Part shown: positions 1 to 8,934 of the stretch, piece by piece | Position numbering within the stretch: the first letter of the stretch is position 1 | Layout: each line of letters starts with the position of its first letter | Origin: Candidatus Parcubacteria bacterium | GTDB lineage: Bacteria; Patescibacteriota; Minisyncoccia; Phycocordibacterales; PALSA-1337 | Direction: 5' to 3' | Length of the DNA stretch: 51,619 nt | Assembly: GCA_041158765.1 (NCBI GenBank) | Contig: JBEBAU010000015.1 | Span: 1-51,619, forward strand | The notes under the pieces: model-generated | The model's input: only the letters and a program-made list of their open reading frames with translations | What the model was told of the DNA's origin: nothing | Database searches by the model: none | Translations under genes and position numbers: made by a program

Positions 1-261
1 GAACCAGGTGTGAACGCTGCATATATGGGTTGGATATATGTCCCAACAAAACCAGAACCCCCACACTTAATCTTTGCCCTAGATTTTGAGGGAGATCGAA
101 AAAGAATCTTTGATGCAGCAGGCGAAGCGACGAGTCAGTTTTTGGGTGATTCAGAATTCGTTGATTTTATAGATATTCACGACAACAGTACCAGTGTAAA
201 TGATTACTTCCTAAAACAAACCAAACCTTTTTATTCCAAATTAAACGGGATTGATGCTTAA
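1..261 (+). CDS. SseB C-terminal domain-like protein, 5'-truncated by window edge
   Basis: Frame open from base 1; AAY..., PHLIFALD, VDFI...YFLKQTKPFY pattern resembles SseB_C. Confidence 0.6.
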   Translation, partial: EPGVNAAYMGWIYVPTKPEPPHLIFALDFEGDRKRIFDAAGEATSQFLGDSEFVDFIDIHDNSTSVNDYFLKQTKPFYSKLNGIDA

Positions 262-455
262 ATACATTGTCATACCAAGAGGAAATCTTATTCACATCAC
301 CACAATCGTAATGACGCTAAGCTGCATTGCGATTTCTTCTATACGTGAAATTGCTTCACCTGTGACCGAATCTCCCTCCCCACATTGACTCAATAGAATT
401 CATAAAAAAACCAACCTTGCCGAAGCTTGGTTGGGATCAGAAAGCTATTTTGTTA

Positions 456-722
456 TTAAGGAAGTGTGCACATCACACACCCCTCAGGAAATTGACAGTG
501 ACTGCGGTGTCGCCGCTTTTCTCCTGTGAATGTGCGCTTACGTTTTGCTGAGGGTGCATCGTGAACAGTTACACTAAATTCACTGTGCTTTGTAAGACCA
601 TATCGATCATCAGAAACCGGCGACATGATGACAGGTCTTCCTGATGCAATAGCACGAGCAGCTTCCTCGTCATCTCTCTTTTGCATCATTTTGTCCACTT
701 CTCTCTGTGTATATGTTGGCAT
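456..722 (-). CDS. Hypothetical protein with C-terminal Cys/His cluster
   Basis: 88-aa ORF, Shine-Dalgarno-like GGAAGGAGG upstream, ends HCQFPEGCVMC. Confidence 0.6.
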   Translation of the reverse strand: MPTYTQREVDKMMQKRDDEEAARAIASGRPVIMSPVSDDRYGLTKHSEFSVTVHDAPSAKRKRTFTGEKRRHRSHCQFPEGCVMCTLP

Positions 723-804
723 TTATGCCTCCTTCCGTATTAATTGTTGCCTAACACAAAACTAGCACCCAATTACAAACACGTCTAGGTTTTCAAACCC
801 ACTC

Positions 805-1191
805 CTAAACCCTCTTCAATACCCCCTTTCTCTTTACAATATTTTTGTAATCCCACTGGATTTTCTTCCCCTTTCTAAGCCACTTTTTCAAATGAGTCAC
901 CTTAACCTCTTTTACATCAGTAAAAAACACCTCCGCAGCTTTGAACTTCCCCTCTGGTTTCAGATCCTTTTCATCAAAACTCTGCCCACTAAAAAACATT
1001 AGTGAAACAGCCCCACTTTTGCGAACTGAATATGAAACAATAGGATTCCCATCGATAAACCACACCGGTGTACCGTGCCAGACTTTTGCTTCGTCTTTTT
1101 TCAAAACCATATTGATATGCACCTGCAAAAAATCACAAATCTTTTTTGCGACCGCTGTCTGTGCTTTATTATATTGAGAAATTGTTTTCAT
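805..1191 (-). CDS. DUF1801/YdhG-like protein
   Basis: WHGTPVWF.GNPIV.Y...SLMFFSGQSF...WDY motif; start reset to MKTISQ, just after the kinase stop. Confidence 0.8.
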   Translation of the reverse strand: MKTISQYNKAQTAVAKKICDFLQVHINMVLKKDEAKVWHGTPVWFIDGNPIVSYSVRKSGAVSLMFFSGQSFDEKDLKPEGKFKAAEVFFTDVKEVKVTHLKKWLRKGKKIQWDYKNIVKRKGVLKRV

Positions 1192-1192
1192 A

Positions 1193-2770
1193 TTACCCAA
1201 TCCTTGGCAACGTGAACGAAAACACTGATCCCTTGCCCTCCCCATCCGACACAACCTCCACCTTTCCACCGTGTCGCTTAACAACAGACGAAGCAAGGAA
1301 AAGCCCCACACCGAAACCTTCACTGTCTTTTGACTTCGCATTATGTGTTCTATAGAACTTCGAGAATACGAGCTTAATATCAGAACGATTAATACCGATA
1401 CCCGTATCTGAAACCAACACTTTCACACTTCTTGGGCTCACAATCGTCGAAACAACCACGCTTCCACCCTTCTGGGTATACCTGAGAGCATTTTCGAGGA
1501 ATGTCTGCACCACGAATCGAATACGTTCATCGTCGGCATTAATCAACACTTCTTCATCAGGAAGATTGAGTCTGAGGGCAATCTCTTTTTGTTCATAATT
1601 TGTTTTGAAAGCCTCGACCGCCCCAGAGAGAATCGGCGCAAGCTGATGACGCTTGAATTCATAAAGCGAATCGTTCGAAGCATCTGCTCGAGCGAGATTT
1701 ACTAATGTTCCCGTAAGTGAAATGAGTTTTTCACTTGAAATCTTCATTGCTTCAAGATCCTCTTTTTTTGATTTATTTGTTTCATTCGCTATCAATGTCT
1801 CAGTAGTCCACTTGATATGCGTAAGTGGTGTGCGGAACTTGTGCGCGACAATCGTCACGAATTCGTATTTCAAATGATCTCCCATACGAAGCTTATTCCA
1901 AAAAGAGACTCCAACAATCACGCCAATAAGTGACAGTGCTATTGGAACAAGTAATACTGGGAAACCGGGAACCAAATTTCCAATCAATGTATTCAAAAAG
2001 TTTGAAAACCAAATGAAAGCAACAAGAACTGCAACAAGTGAAATATACATCCACGCTCGGCGGAACATGGTGCGAACTTCCATGAGTTGATATCTGAGCA
2101 CCGTATACATAATGGCAATTGGAAATATGCTCATGAGTCCAGTCCAGACTGGATCAATGTCACGATAGAGAGCGAGTATGAAAGCCGCCTGCCCTGTGAG
2201 ATAGAAGCCGAGTGTTGCAAGCAACACATACCGATAGCGATTCTTTTGGATTGGTTCATCAATTACTCGATATGCCCATGCAAGTTTCACAAAATAAAAG
2301 AGCTGTACAAGGACCGCCCAGCCAACCATCACATAAAACAGTATTCCGGGATTGTAATACCATGCCAAATATCCTTGTGAAATCGAATCTCCAAGCAACA
2401 TATCTCTGAAAACAATACAGCTCGCCAAGATTACTCCTCCGATAATATATACCCAGTAGAGTAGTACGCGCTCAGTATGATCTTTGTCTTTGCCAAGAAG
2501 TGTGAGAATCCAATGAGCAGTGAATACCGATACAAAAAGATATACGAGGTTACCGGTAAAAAAAACCCCTGAAATATACGCTGTCGGTGCATGTGCCCCG
2601 AATAGTTGTGTGACATCAAACACAGCAATACTCCACGAAAGGAGCGAGAAGAGCACAATTTCACTTGAAAGCTTGTTTTTCTTAAGAGAGAGAACAATAA
2701 TCGGCAAAATAATACTTAGAAGTGCACCAACTCCAAACGCTGTATTGTAAAAGAAGAGGTTATTAAACAT
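1193..2770 (-). CDS. Membrane sensor histidine kinase (multi-TM N-terminus, HisKA, HATPase)
   Basis: H-box AHKFRTPL, N-box ENALRY, G1 DTGIGI, F-box, G2 GFGVGL; start at 2770 (ATG) or 2788. Confidence 0.9.
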   Translation of the reverse strand: MFNNLFFYNTAFGVGALLSIILPIIVLSLKKNKLSSEIVLFSLLSWSIAVFDVTQLFGAHAPTAYISGVFFTGNLVYLFVSVFTAHWILTLLGKDKDHTERVLLYWVYIIGGVILASCIVFRDMLLGDSISQGYLAWYYNPGILFYVMVGWAVLVQLFYFVKLAWAYRVIDEPIQKNRYRYVLLATLGFYLTGQAAFILALYRDIDPVWTGLMSIFPIAIMYTVLRYQLMEVRTMFRRAWMYISLVAVLVAFIWFSNFLNTLIGNLVPGFPVLLVPIALSLIGVIVGVSFWNKLRMGDHLKYEFVTIVAHKFRTPLTHIKWTTETLIANETNKSKKEDLEAMKISSEKLISLTGTLVNLARADASNDSLYEFKRHQLAPILSGAVEAFKTNYEQKEIALRLNLPDEEVLINADDERIRFVVQTFLENALRYTQKGGSVVVSTIVSPRSVKVLVSDTGIGINRSDIKLVFSKFYRTHNAKSKDSEGFGVGLFLASSVVKRHGGKVEVVSDGEGKGSVFSFTLPRIG

Positions 2771-2844
2771 AGATTGTGTATAGCCCAAATTATACTACAC
2801 TTTATCCTCTTTCGGCTCATACTGCATCATGATAGAATAAACGC

Positions 2845-3309
2845 ATGTCAGTAGCACCTATCATTGAGTGGAATGCACCTGAGCATTTCCATGTTGAAAA
2901 AACTTCCGATTGGTATTGGGGTGTAAGTATCATTGCGGGAACCGGAGCTGCGCTTGCATTCATTTTTGGGAATGTACTCTTCGGAATTTTCATCATTGTT
3001 GGAACGCTTGCTCTACTTCTTCATGCAGCCAAGAAGCCTCGTATTGTTCATTGTGAAATTAATGATCGAGGTATTGCTGTTGATCAAATCCTCTACCCTT
3101 TTCTTGCACTCGAATCGTTTTGGATTGATGCACATATGCGTCCAGCAAAAATCTTGTTGAAATCTCAGAAGTTTTTCATGCCATATATCGCTGTAGAAAT
3201 TGACGAAGTGGATCCAGAAGAGGTCCGTGCAATACTCCTCAATTACATTGCCGAAACCGAACACCTCGAACCATTAAGCCAGAAATTACTTGAGTTTGCG
3301 GGGTTCTAA
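2845..3309 (+). CDS. Conserved hypothetical 2-TM membrane protein
   Basis: 154-aa ORF, W.APE...K..DWYW followed by two TM helices; -10 box 6 nt upstream. Confidence 0.75.
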   Translation: MSVAPIIEWNAPEHFHVEKTSDWYWGVSIIAGTGAALAFIFGNVLFGIFIIVGTLALLLHAAKKPRIVHCEINDRGIAVDQILYPFLALESFWIDAHMRPAKILLKSQKFFMPYIAVEIDEVDPEEVRAILLNYIAETEHLEPLSQKLLEFAGF

Positions 3310-3329
3310 TGGTATTGTGTTTTTTACTT

Positions 3330-3401
3330 GCTCCCATCGTTCAATGGATAGGACATAACTTTGCGGAAGTTATGATGTAGGTTCGATTCCTACTGGGAGC
3401 A
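3330..3401 (+). tRNA. tRNA-Arg (anticodon GCG)
   Basis: Acceptor stem GCTCCCA/TGGGAGC, anticodon arm TAACT-TTGCGGA-AGTTA, T-arm GTAGG-TTCGATT-CCTAC; CCA not encoded. Confidence 0.92.
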
Positions 3402-3411
3402 CCGAGTGAGC

Positions 3412-3451
3412 GAAAAGCAAAAAAGGTCCCGAAGGGCCTTTTTTGCTTTTC
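3412..3451. terminator. Intrinsic terminator-like hairpin after tRNA-Arg
   Basis: GAAAAGCAAAAAAGGTCCC-GAA-GGGCCTTTTTTGCTTTTC inverted repeat. Confidence 0.75.
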
Positions 3452-3496
3452 CGAGCGAGGTCGACCAGTATGTACTCATACTGGGAGCACAAATTA

Positions 3497-4717
3497 ATGA
3501 ATAGAAAATCTTTATTTCTTTGGTCGTTATATGATTTTGCAAATTCGATTGTTTTGATGGCTTTTTTGTTCTATTTTTCTCAATGGCTTGTCATAGATCA
3601 AGGAAAACCAGCGTGGTGGTATAACGTCGCTCTGATTGTTTCTTCAGTACTTTTTGTCATTACGACACCTTTTATAAGTAAAAAGATTGATGCCACAAAA
3701 ACCAAAATCAAAGGTCTTCGATTTTGGACATTTCTTACTTTTGTTGGATATTTAGCTGTTTCCCTTTTGGTAATGTTGTCACACAACATGGAGGTTTTGG
3801 CTACAATACTGTATGCACTTTCTACCTACGCATATCTAATTTGTTTTCTCTATTTCACCCCAATGCTCAATGATTTATCAAACAACGAAAATCGTTCTTG
3901 GAGATCGGGTATTGGACAGGGTGCCAATTCAATTGGGCAAGTTGCTGGAGTTCTTATTACACTTCCATTCATAAATGGAATTACATTGTTTGGTGATCCA
4001 GGTAGAGCTCAAGCGTTATTCCCAGCGACGATACTTTTTGGAATACTCGCACTGCCAATGCTTATATTTTATCGAGAAAATAATAATCGAGCACACAACG
4101 CAACTCAAAATACTACTCAATACAATCTCATCTCATTATTTAAAGAGGTTTTTTCATATAAACCTTTAGCTTTACTTTTGTTGGCATATTTCCTGTTTAG
4201 CGACGCCTTACTTACATTCGCTAATAATTTTCCACTTTATTTGGAAACAGTTCACCACGTAACCGATACCGTTAAATCTCTCCTTACTGCAAGCATTCTG
4301 ATTCTTGCAGCTATCGGGGCTGTCATTTTTGGTAAGGTTGCGGACAAAAAAGGTGGTTTGAAAATACTCAAAATAGTTCTTACTGTTTGGTGCTTTGTTT
4401 TCTTAGCAATGATTTTGATAACAAACTTTAATGTACTAATTCCAGTTTTCTTATTTGCTGGAATATTATTTGGACCAGTATGGGCAATAAGTCGAGCTCT
4501 GGTTGGAGAACTTGCTCCCCCACACCTTACAGCATCTTCTTATAGCTATTACGTCGTCGCGGAGAGATTTGCAACATTTGTAGGTCCCGCTATTTGGAGT
4601 ATTGCTCTTATCACAATGGGTGAAGGACTTATAGGATATCAAGTTGGACTAACCTCTCTAATGCTGCTAGTAATAATTAGTTTGTTTGTATTGAATAGGA
4701 TTAAGGTTTTGAGGTAG
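3497..4717 (+). CDS. MFS transporter (UMF1/YxiO-like)
   Basis: WSLYDFANS N-terminal motif, ~12 TM segments, GKVADKKG loop motif; start reset to MNRKS. Confidence 0.85.
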   Translation: MNRKSLFLWSLYDFANSIVLMAFLFYFSQWLVIDQGKPAWWYNVALIVSSVLFVITTPFISKKIDATKTKIKGLRFWTFLTFVGYLAVSLLVMLSHNMEVLATILYALSTYAYLICFLYFTPMLNDLSNNENRSWRSGIGQGANSIGQVAGVLITLPFINGITLFGDPGRAQALFPATILFGILALPMLIFYRENNNRAHNATQNTTQYNLISLFKEVFSYKPLALLLLAYFLFSDALLTFANNFPLYLETVHHVTDTVKSLLTASILILAAIGAVIFGKVADKKGGLKILKIVLTVWCFVFLAMILITNFNVLIPVFLFAGILFGPVWAISRALVGELAPPHLTASSYSYYVVAERFATFVGPAIWSIALITMGEGLIGYQVGLTSLMLLVIISLFVLNRIKVLR

Positions 4718-4783
4718 TAGGTGTGAAAGAATAAACACTAACCACCTCTGTAATAATCTCCCCTCCCAATCGGCTACAAAGGT

Positions 4784-5074
4784 ATGACCGATATATTACA
4801 ATTTTTGGGAAATATATTTATTCCCCACCCATACGTAGCACTTCTACCCGCAATCATTTTTGGAACATTTTATTTCAAATCAAAAAACAAACTCGTCCTC
4901 GCAACCACTGTTTTGTGGATAGTCTATGCAATATATGAAGAATTGCATTTGCTACGAATCCTCTGTTCGGGAGAATGTAATATGAGAATTGATTTACTCG
5001 TCATATACCCCGTTCTATTTATTGTATCTGCTATTGCTTTGGTGATAGAAATAAGGAATATAACTCGAACATAA
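4784..5074 (+). CDS. Small membrane protein
   Basis: 96 aa, 3 hydrophobic segments, CSGECNMRIDLL motif. Confidence 0.65.
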   Translation: MTDILQFLGNIFIPHPYVALLPAIIFGTFYFKSKNKLVLATTVLWIVYAIYEELHLLRILCSGECNMRIDLLVIYPVLFIVSAIALVIEIRNITRT

Positions 5075-5078
5075 CTAT

Positions 5079-5576
5079 ATGAAAAAAGATATTGTCTTAC
5101 TTATTTTTATATTACTTATTGTATTCGGATTTATTGGCTATATATCGTATTCAAAAAACCGAAACCTCCCACCAGTAGACACTTCTATTCTTTACACCAA
5201 CACTGAATATGGTTTTACTTTCACCCTACCTATTAACTGGAAAGACCACTCAATATTGAAAGAAATGTGGATAGGAAATCCACTTTCAAATACATCTGCA
5301 CAGAGCGGAACGAAGCTTCTCATACGAAATCCAAAATGGACTTCATCTGAACCATATGAAGACTTACCAATCTTGATATTTACTATTTCCCAATGGAATT
5401 CATACGAAGCAGAAGGCTTCTCTGTTGGAGCAGCGCCGATCAGAGCTATCGAATTAGGACGCAACACCAAATATGTTTTTGCTCTTCCGGCACGATGGGA
5501 TTTTGATTACAGTACCGATTATCAACAAGCCCAAGAAATTATTGCGGGAAAACCTCTTCACCCATTCAATAACTAA
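5079..5576 (+). CDS. Membrane-anchored exported protein (PsbP-like start motif)
   Basis: N-terminal TM followed by YTNTEYGFTFTLPINW. Confidence 0.65.
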   Translation: MKKDIVLLIFILLIVFGFIGYISYSKNRNLPPVDTSILYTNTEYGFTFTLPINWKDHSILKEMWIGNPLSNTSAQSGTKLLIRNPKWTSSEPYEDLPILIFTISQWNSYEAEGFSVGAAPIRAIELGRNTKYVFALPARWDFDYSTDYQQAQEIIAGKPLHPFNN

Positions 5577-5912
5577 TTACGCCAACTTCACCTTCGGTCG
5601 TGTACTGAATTGTCTTGCGCCAATAAGTATCATACAGGAACCGATAATATATGCGGCATAAAAAAATGCCTGTAATGGGATTCCATACAAAACCAAGATA
5701 ATACCAACTTGTGATTCGAATGAAATAACTTCGGCTATCATTACCCCAAATGTCATAATGATCATACCTGAAGCAATGAGACGGAGGGGTCGTTTCAGTA
5801 AATTTTGGAAAATATCAGTTGAAAGATAAAAATACACTGCTGCAACTACCCCACAAATAACAGAAACGAATACAAGAATGAGTTGAAATGCGTCAAAAGT
5901 TATTGATGTCAT
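5577..5912 (-). CDS. Hypothetical membrane protein
   Basis: Three TM helices; TGG-TACAAT -10 box 8 nt upstream of ATG 5912. Confidence 0.65.
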   Translation of the reverse strand: MTSITFDAFQLILVFVSVICGVVAAVYFYLSTDIFQNLLKRPLRLIASGMIIMTFGVMIAEVISFESQVGIILVLYGIPLQAFFYAAYIIGSCMILIGARQFSTRPKVKLA

Positions 5913-5935
5913 ATACAGATATTGTACCACGCAAT

Positions 5936-6202
5936 TTATCGATACAACGAGCTATGTGAACCGATAACAATGAAGATTGCGACCTGCGCTTCCTGTCGAT
6001 ATATTGCTCGAATATCCCCAGAAATATTGATACTTCGGTACCCATTAAACTTCCCCTTCAGCGAGTGATTATTGAGCAGTGGGTGTATTGGATCAATAAG
6101 TAGCAAGTTCTTACGCTCAATAAATGTCTTTTTAACAGAAGCATTCTGCTGAATGAAACTCTTTTCAAAAGATTTGTGAAATATAATAGCGGTTATTTTC
6201 AT
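5936..6202 (-). CDS. Type II toxin, RelE/YafQ-family mRNA interferase
   Basis: LNNHSLKG...YRSINISGDIRAIY...IGSHSSLY motifs. Confidence 0.9.
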   Translation of the reverse strand: MKITAIIFHKSFEKSFIQQNASVKKTFIERKNLLLIDPIHPLLNNHSLKGKFNGYRSINISGDIRAIYRQEAQVAIFIVIGSHSSLYR

Positions 6203-6222
6203 ATACGAATACGTAGTTGAAA

Positions 6223-6498
6223 TTAGAGACGCGCAAGGTATTCATCCATATCAGCAATTTCGGTGAAAAGTGGCGAAAGATTCTTACCAGATCTAATGTC
6301 CTTTTCTGCTTGTTTCAAAACCTTTTCAATATGTGCAGATGGTGTTGGTGCAGCAGTCAAAACCACACTTCTATTAGCAACAAACTGTCGCAAAAGTGCA
6401 TTTACAATAGTACTTAGAGGTACACCCATGTCCTTTGCAGTACGCATTGCGAGGTCTTTTATGTCTTTATCTGCTTTGATATTAATGATTGTTTTCAT
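6223..6498 (-). CDS. Type II antitoxin, RelB/DinJ family
   Basis: MKTIINIKADKDIK...DMGVPLSTIVNALLRQF ribbon-helix-helix; directly upstream of toxin. Confidence 0.88.
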   Translation of the reverse strand: MKTIINIKADKDIKDLAMRTAKDMGVPLSTIVNALLRQFVANRSVVLTAAPTPSAHIEKVLKQAEKDIRSGKNLSPLFTEIADMDEYLARL

Positions 6499-6540
6499 AT
6501 ATACAAAGTATATACAACAGATACATTGTGTCAAGATAAC

Positions 6541-6566
6541 AAAAAACCACCTCGCTGGTGGCTTTT
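6541..6566 (-). terminator. Probable rpsT terminator
   Basis: AAAAAACCACC-TCGC-TGGTGGCTTTT hairpin flanked by A/T tracts. Confidence 0.5.
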
Positions 6567-6589
6567 GCTCATACGTTTCCCCTAGGAAA

Positions 6590-6856
6590 CTATGCGGTTA
6601 TCTTCTTGAGAGATGCTGCTGCTCGAGACTTGAGACGAGAAGCGGTGTTAGCTTTGATGTAGTGAGTCTTTGCTGCCTTATCAAGAGACTTGTAGAGTGC
6701 TGGGAGGAGCGCCTGAGCGTCTTTCACCTTCTTTTCTACAACGAGCTTACGGAACTTCTTCAAGTTCGTATCAATAGCTGCCTTTCGGCGAAGGTTATTG
6801 ACTCGCTTCTTATCGCTTGAACGGAGGGCTTTTTTTGCTGAAGATGTAATTGGCAT
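6590..6856 (-). CDS. rpsT: 30S ribosomal protein S20
   Basis: MPITSSAKKALR...LDKAAK..IKANTASRLKSR. Confidence 0.95.
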   Translation of the reverse strand: MPITSSAKKALRSSDKKRVNNLRRKAAIDTNLKKFRKLVVEKKVKDAQALLPALYKSLDKAAKTHYIKANTASRLKSRAAASLKKITA

Positions 6857-6966
6857 GGGTTTTATATGTCTTGTATGTGGGTCGTAGCGTACCACAGTCA
6901 TACAGAAAATACAAGTTTATTCCAGAGAATAGAGCACAAAACAGCCACATATAGTAGAATGAGACT

Positions 6967-7572
6967 ATGATTTCGCAGATAACAGGCACCGTAACCCATA
7001 TAGACCCACGATTTCTCATAATAAACACGGGTGGCTCTACTGGAGTCGACACAACACCTATGAATGGCGTTGGGTATAAGGTTTTTGCTACAGGAGATAC
7101 TGTTCTTAGCTACACTGTAGGCAAACATGCGAGCCTTTGGACGTATCTAGCTGTTCGAGACACTGCTATGGATCTCTATGGCTTCCCTACAATACAAGAA
7201 CTCAACTTTTTTGAATTACTTATCAGTGTATCTGGAATCGGACCCAAAACCGCTCTCGGCATTCTTAATGTAGCATCTGTGAACACTCTTCATCTTGCAA
7301 TACAGTCGAATGACACATCGCATCTCACCAAGGTCTCTGGTATCGGCAAAAAAAACGCTGAGAAGATCGTCTTGGAACTCAAAGACAAGATTGATAGCAT
7401 TGCACTACCTGAGCATGCCGCCGCTATTCGAGGTGATGCGGATATTATTGAAGCACTTCGAGCTCTCGGATATCGAGATGCGGAATCTCGAGAAGCACTC
7501 AAAAAGATAGATCGAACACTTGTAGGTACTGGAGCAAAAATAAAAGCCGTACTCAAAATTCTTAGCCAATAA
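6967..7572 (+). CDS. ruvA: Holliday junction branch migration protein RuvA
   Basis: GVGYKV, LYGF, LISVSGIGPKTAL, GIGKKNAEKIVLELKDK. Confidence 0.95.
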   Translation: MISQITGTVTHIDPRFLIINTGGSTGVDTTPMNGVGYKVFATGDTVLSYTVGKHASLWTYLAVRDTAMDLYGFPTIQELNFFELLISVSGIGPKTALGILNVASVNTLHLAIQSNDTSHLTKVSGIGKKNAEKIVLELKDKIDSIALPEHAAAIRGDADIIEALRALGYRDAESREALKKIDRTLVGTGAKIKAVLKILSQ

Positions 7573-7576
7573 TTAT

Positions 7577-8908
7577 ATGGGAAACGTTCTTGAACACACA
7601 CTTCGATATTGCCAAAAACTCATACCACTTTCGGTATACACATTCGGTCAGCCAATATATCACCATACACTCGCTTGTCTCGGGGGTATTGTGTATCGTT
7701 TCCCTTCTCGCCGGATAAAGGTGATCGGAGTTACCGGAACAAAAGGCAAAAGCTCAACAACAGAAATCATAAATGCAATCCTCGAAGAAGCAGGTTATCG
7801 AACTGCGCTTTCAAATACCATTCGCTACAAAGTAGCCGATCAATCTCACCCAAACCTGTTCAAGATGTCTATGCCGGGGCGATTTTTCATACAGCGCCTC
7901 ATTCGACAAGCGGTTTCTGCTCACTGTGACTATGTCATTCTCGAAATGACATCTCAAGGAACCCTCCAGTATCGACACAAATTCCTCCATCTCGACACAT
8001 TCGTATTCACAAATCTCTCACCTGAACACATCGAATCTCATGGTTCATATGAACAATACGTAGCAGCAAAGGTTCGCATTGCGGCCGAGCTCAATAATTC
8101 AAAAAAGGACAATCGAATTATTGTCGTAAATGCTGACGACGCTGAATCTGTGCGTTTCCTCAATTGTGATGCAGATATGAAAGTGTCTTTCAAGATTACT
8201 GATGTTGCTCCATATGAAATTGGCATTGCTGGAATTGATTTCACCCTCAAGAATGCTTCAACGACACAATCTCTTCGAGTGCACTCCCCTCTTTCGGGCC
8301 TTTTCAATCTCTACAATATTCTCGCTGCAATTACTGCCACCCGTGCACAAGGAGTGAGTGATGAAATTATTGCTCGCGCTATTACCAAATTCTCAGGAAT
8401 TCGTGGACGTGTTGAACGTGTCGAAGTGCCTTCAGCAAAAAACGGCACACCTCAAGCATTCGAAGTCGTCGTTGATTATGCGCACACCCCAGACTCTCTC
8501 ACCAAACTCTACGAAGTATTCAAAACAAATTACATTATCGGTATTCTTGGGGGTACCGGAGGTGGACGTGATGGATGGAAAAGAAAGGAAATGGGTCGCA
8601 TTGCTGATACGTATTGTAGCGATATCATCCTTACTGATGAGGATCCATATGATGAAAACCCAGACAAAATCGTAGCAGATGTTGCTCTCGGTATTACTAC
8701 CAAGAAGCCAACTATCATCATGGACAGACGGCAAGCAATTCATGAAGCAATTACTCGTGCTCGTGCCCTTTCATCTGATACTACTCTCAACAAAAAAGTC
8801 TCAATACTCATAACTGGCAAAGGCACTGATCCATATATCATGGGACCAAATAACACCAAGACACCCTGGAGTGATGCAGCAATAGCTCGAGAAGAACTCG
8901 CTAAATAA
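7577..8908 (+). CDS. murE: Mur ligase, MurE
   Basis: GVTGTKGKSST, FTNLSPEHIE, GRVE, VDYAHTPD, ITGKG. Confidence 0.88.
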   Translation: MGNVLEHTLRYCQKLIPLSVYTFGQPIYHHTLACLGGIVYRFPSRRIKVIGVTGTKGKSSTTEIINAILEEAGYRTALSNTIRYKVADQSHPNLFKMSMPGRFFIQRLIRQAVSAHCDYVILEMTSQGTLQYRHKFLHLDTFVFTNLSPEHIESHGSYEQYVAAKVRIAAELNNSKKDNRIIVVNADDAESVRFLNCDADMKVSFKITDVAPYEIGIAGIDFTLKNASTTQSLRVHSPLSGLFNLYNILAAITATRAQGVSDEIIARAITKFSGIRGRVERVEVPSAKNGTPQAFEVVVDYAHTPDSLTKLYEVFKTNYIIGILGGTGGGRDGWKRKEMGRIADTYCSDIILTDEDPYDENPDKIVADVALGITTKKPTIIMDRRQAIHEAITRARALSSDTTLNKKVSILITGKGTDPYIMGPNNTKTPWSDAAIAREELAK

Positions 8909-8934
8909 GTGACGCAGCAAAAAAAATATGCGTG

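Noticed and set aside
5936-6498. Toxin-antitoxin pair as a novel defence system
   Set aside because: Ordinary RelBE/DinJ-YafQ-type module
6263-6820. 185-aa plus-strand ORF
   Set aside because: Antisense to rpsT and the antitoxin; shadow ORF
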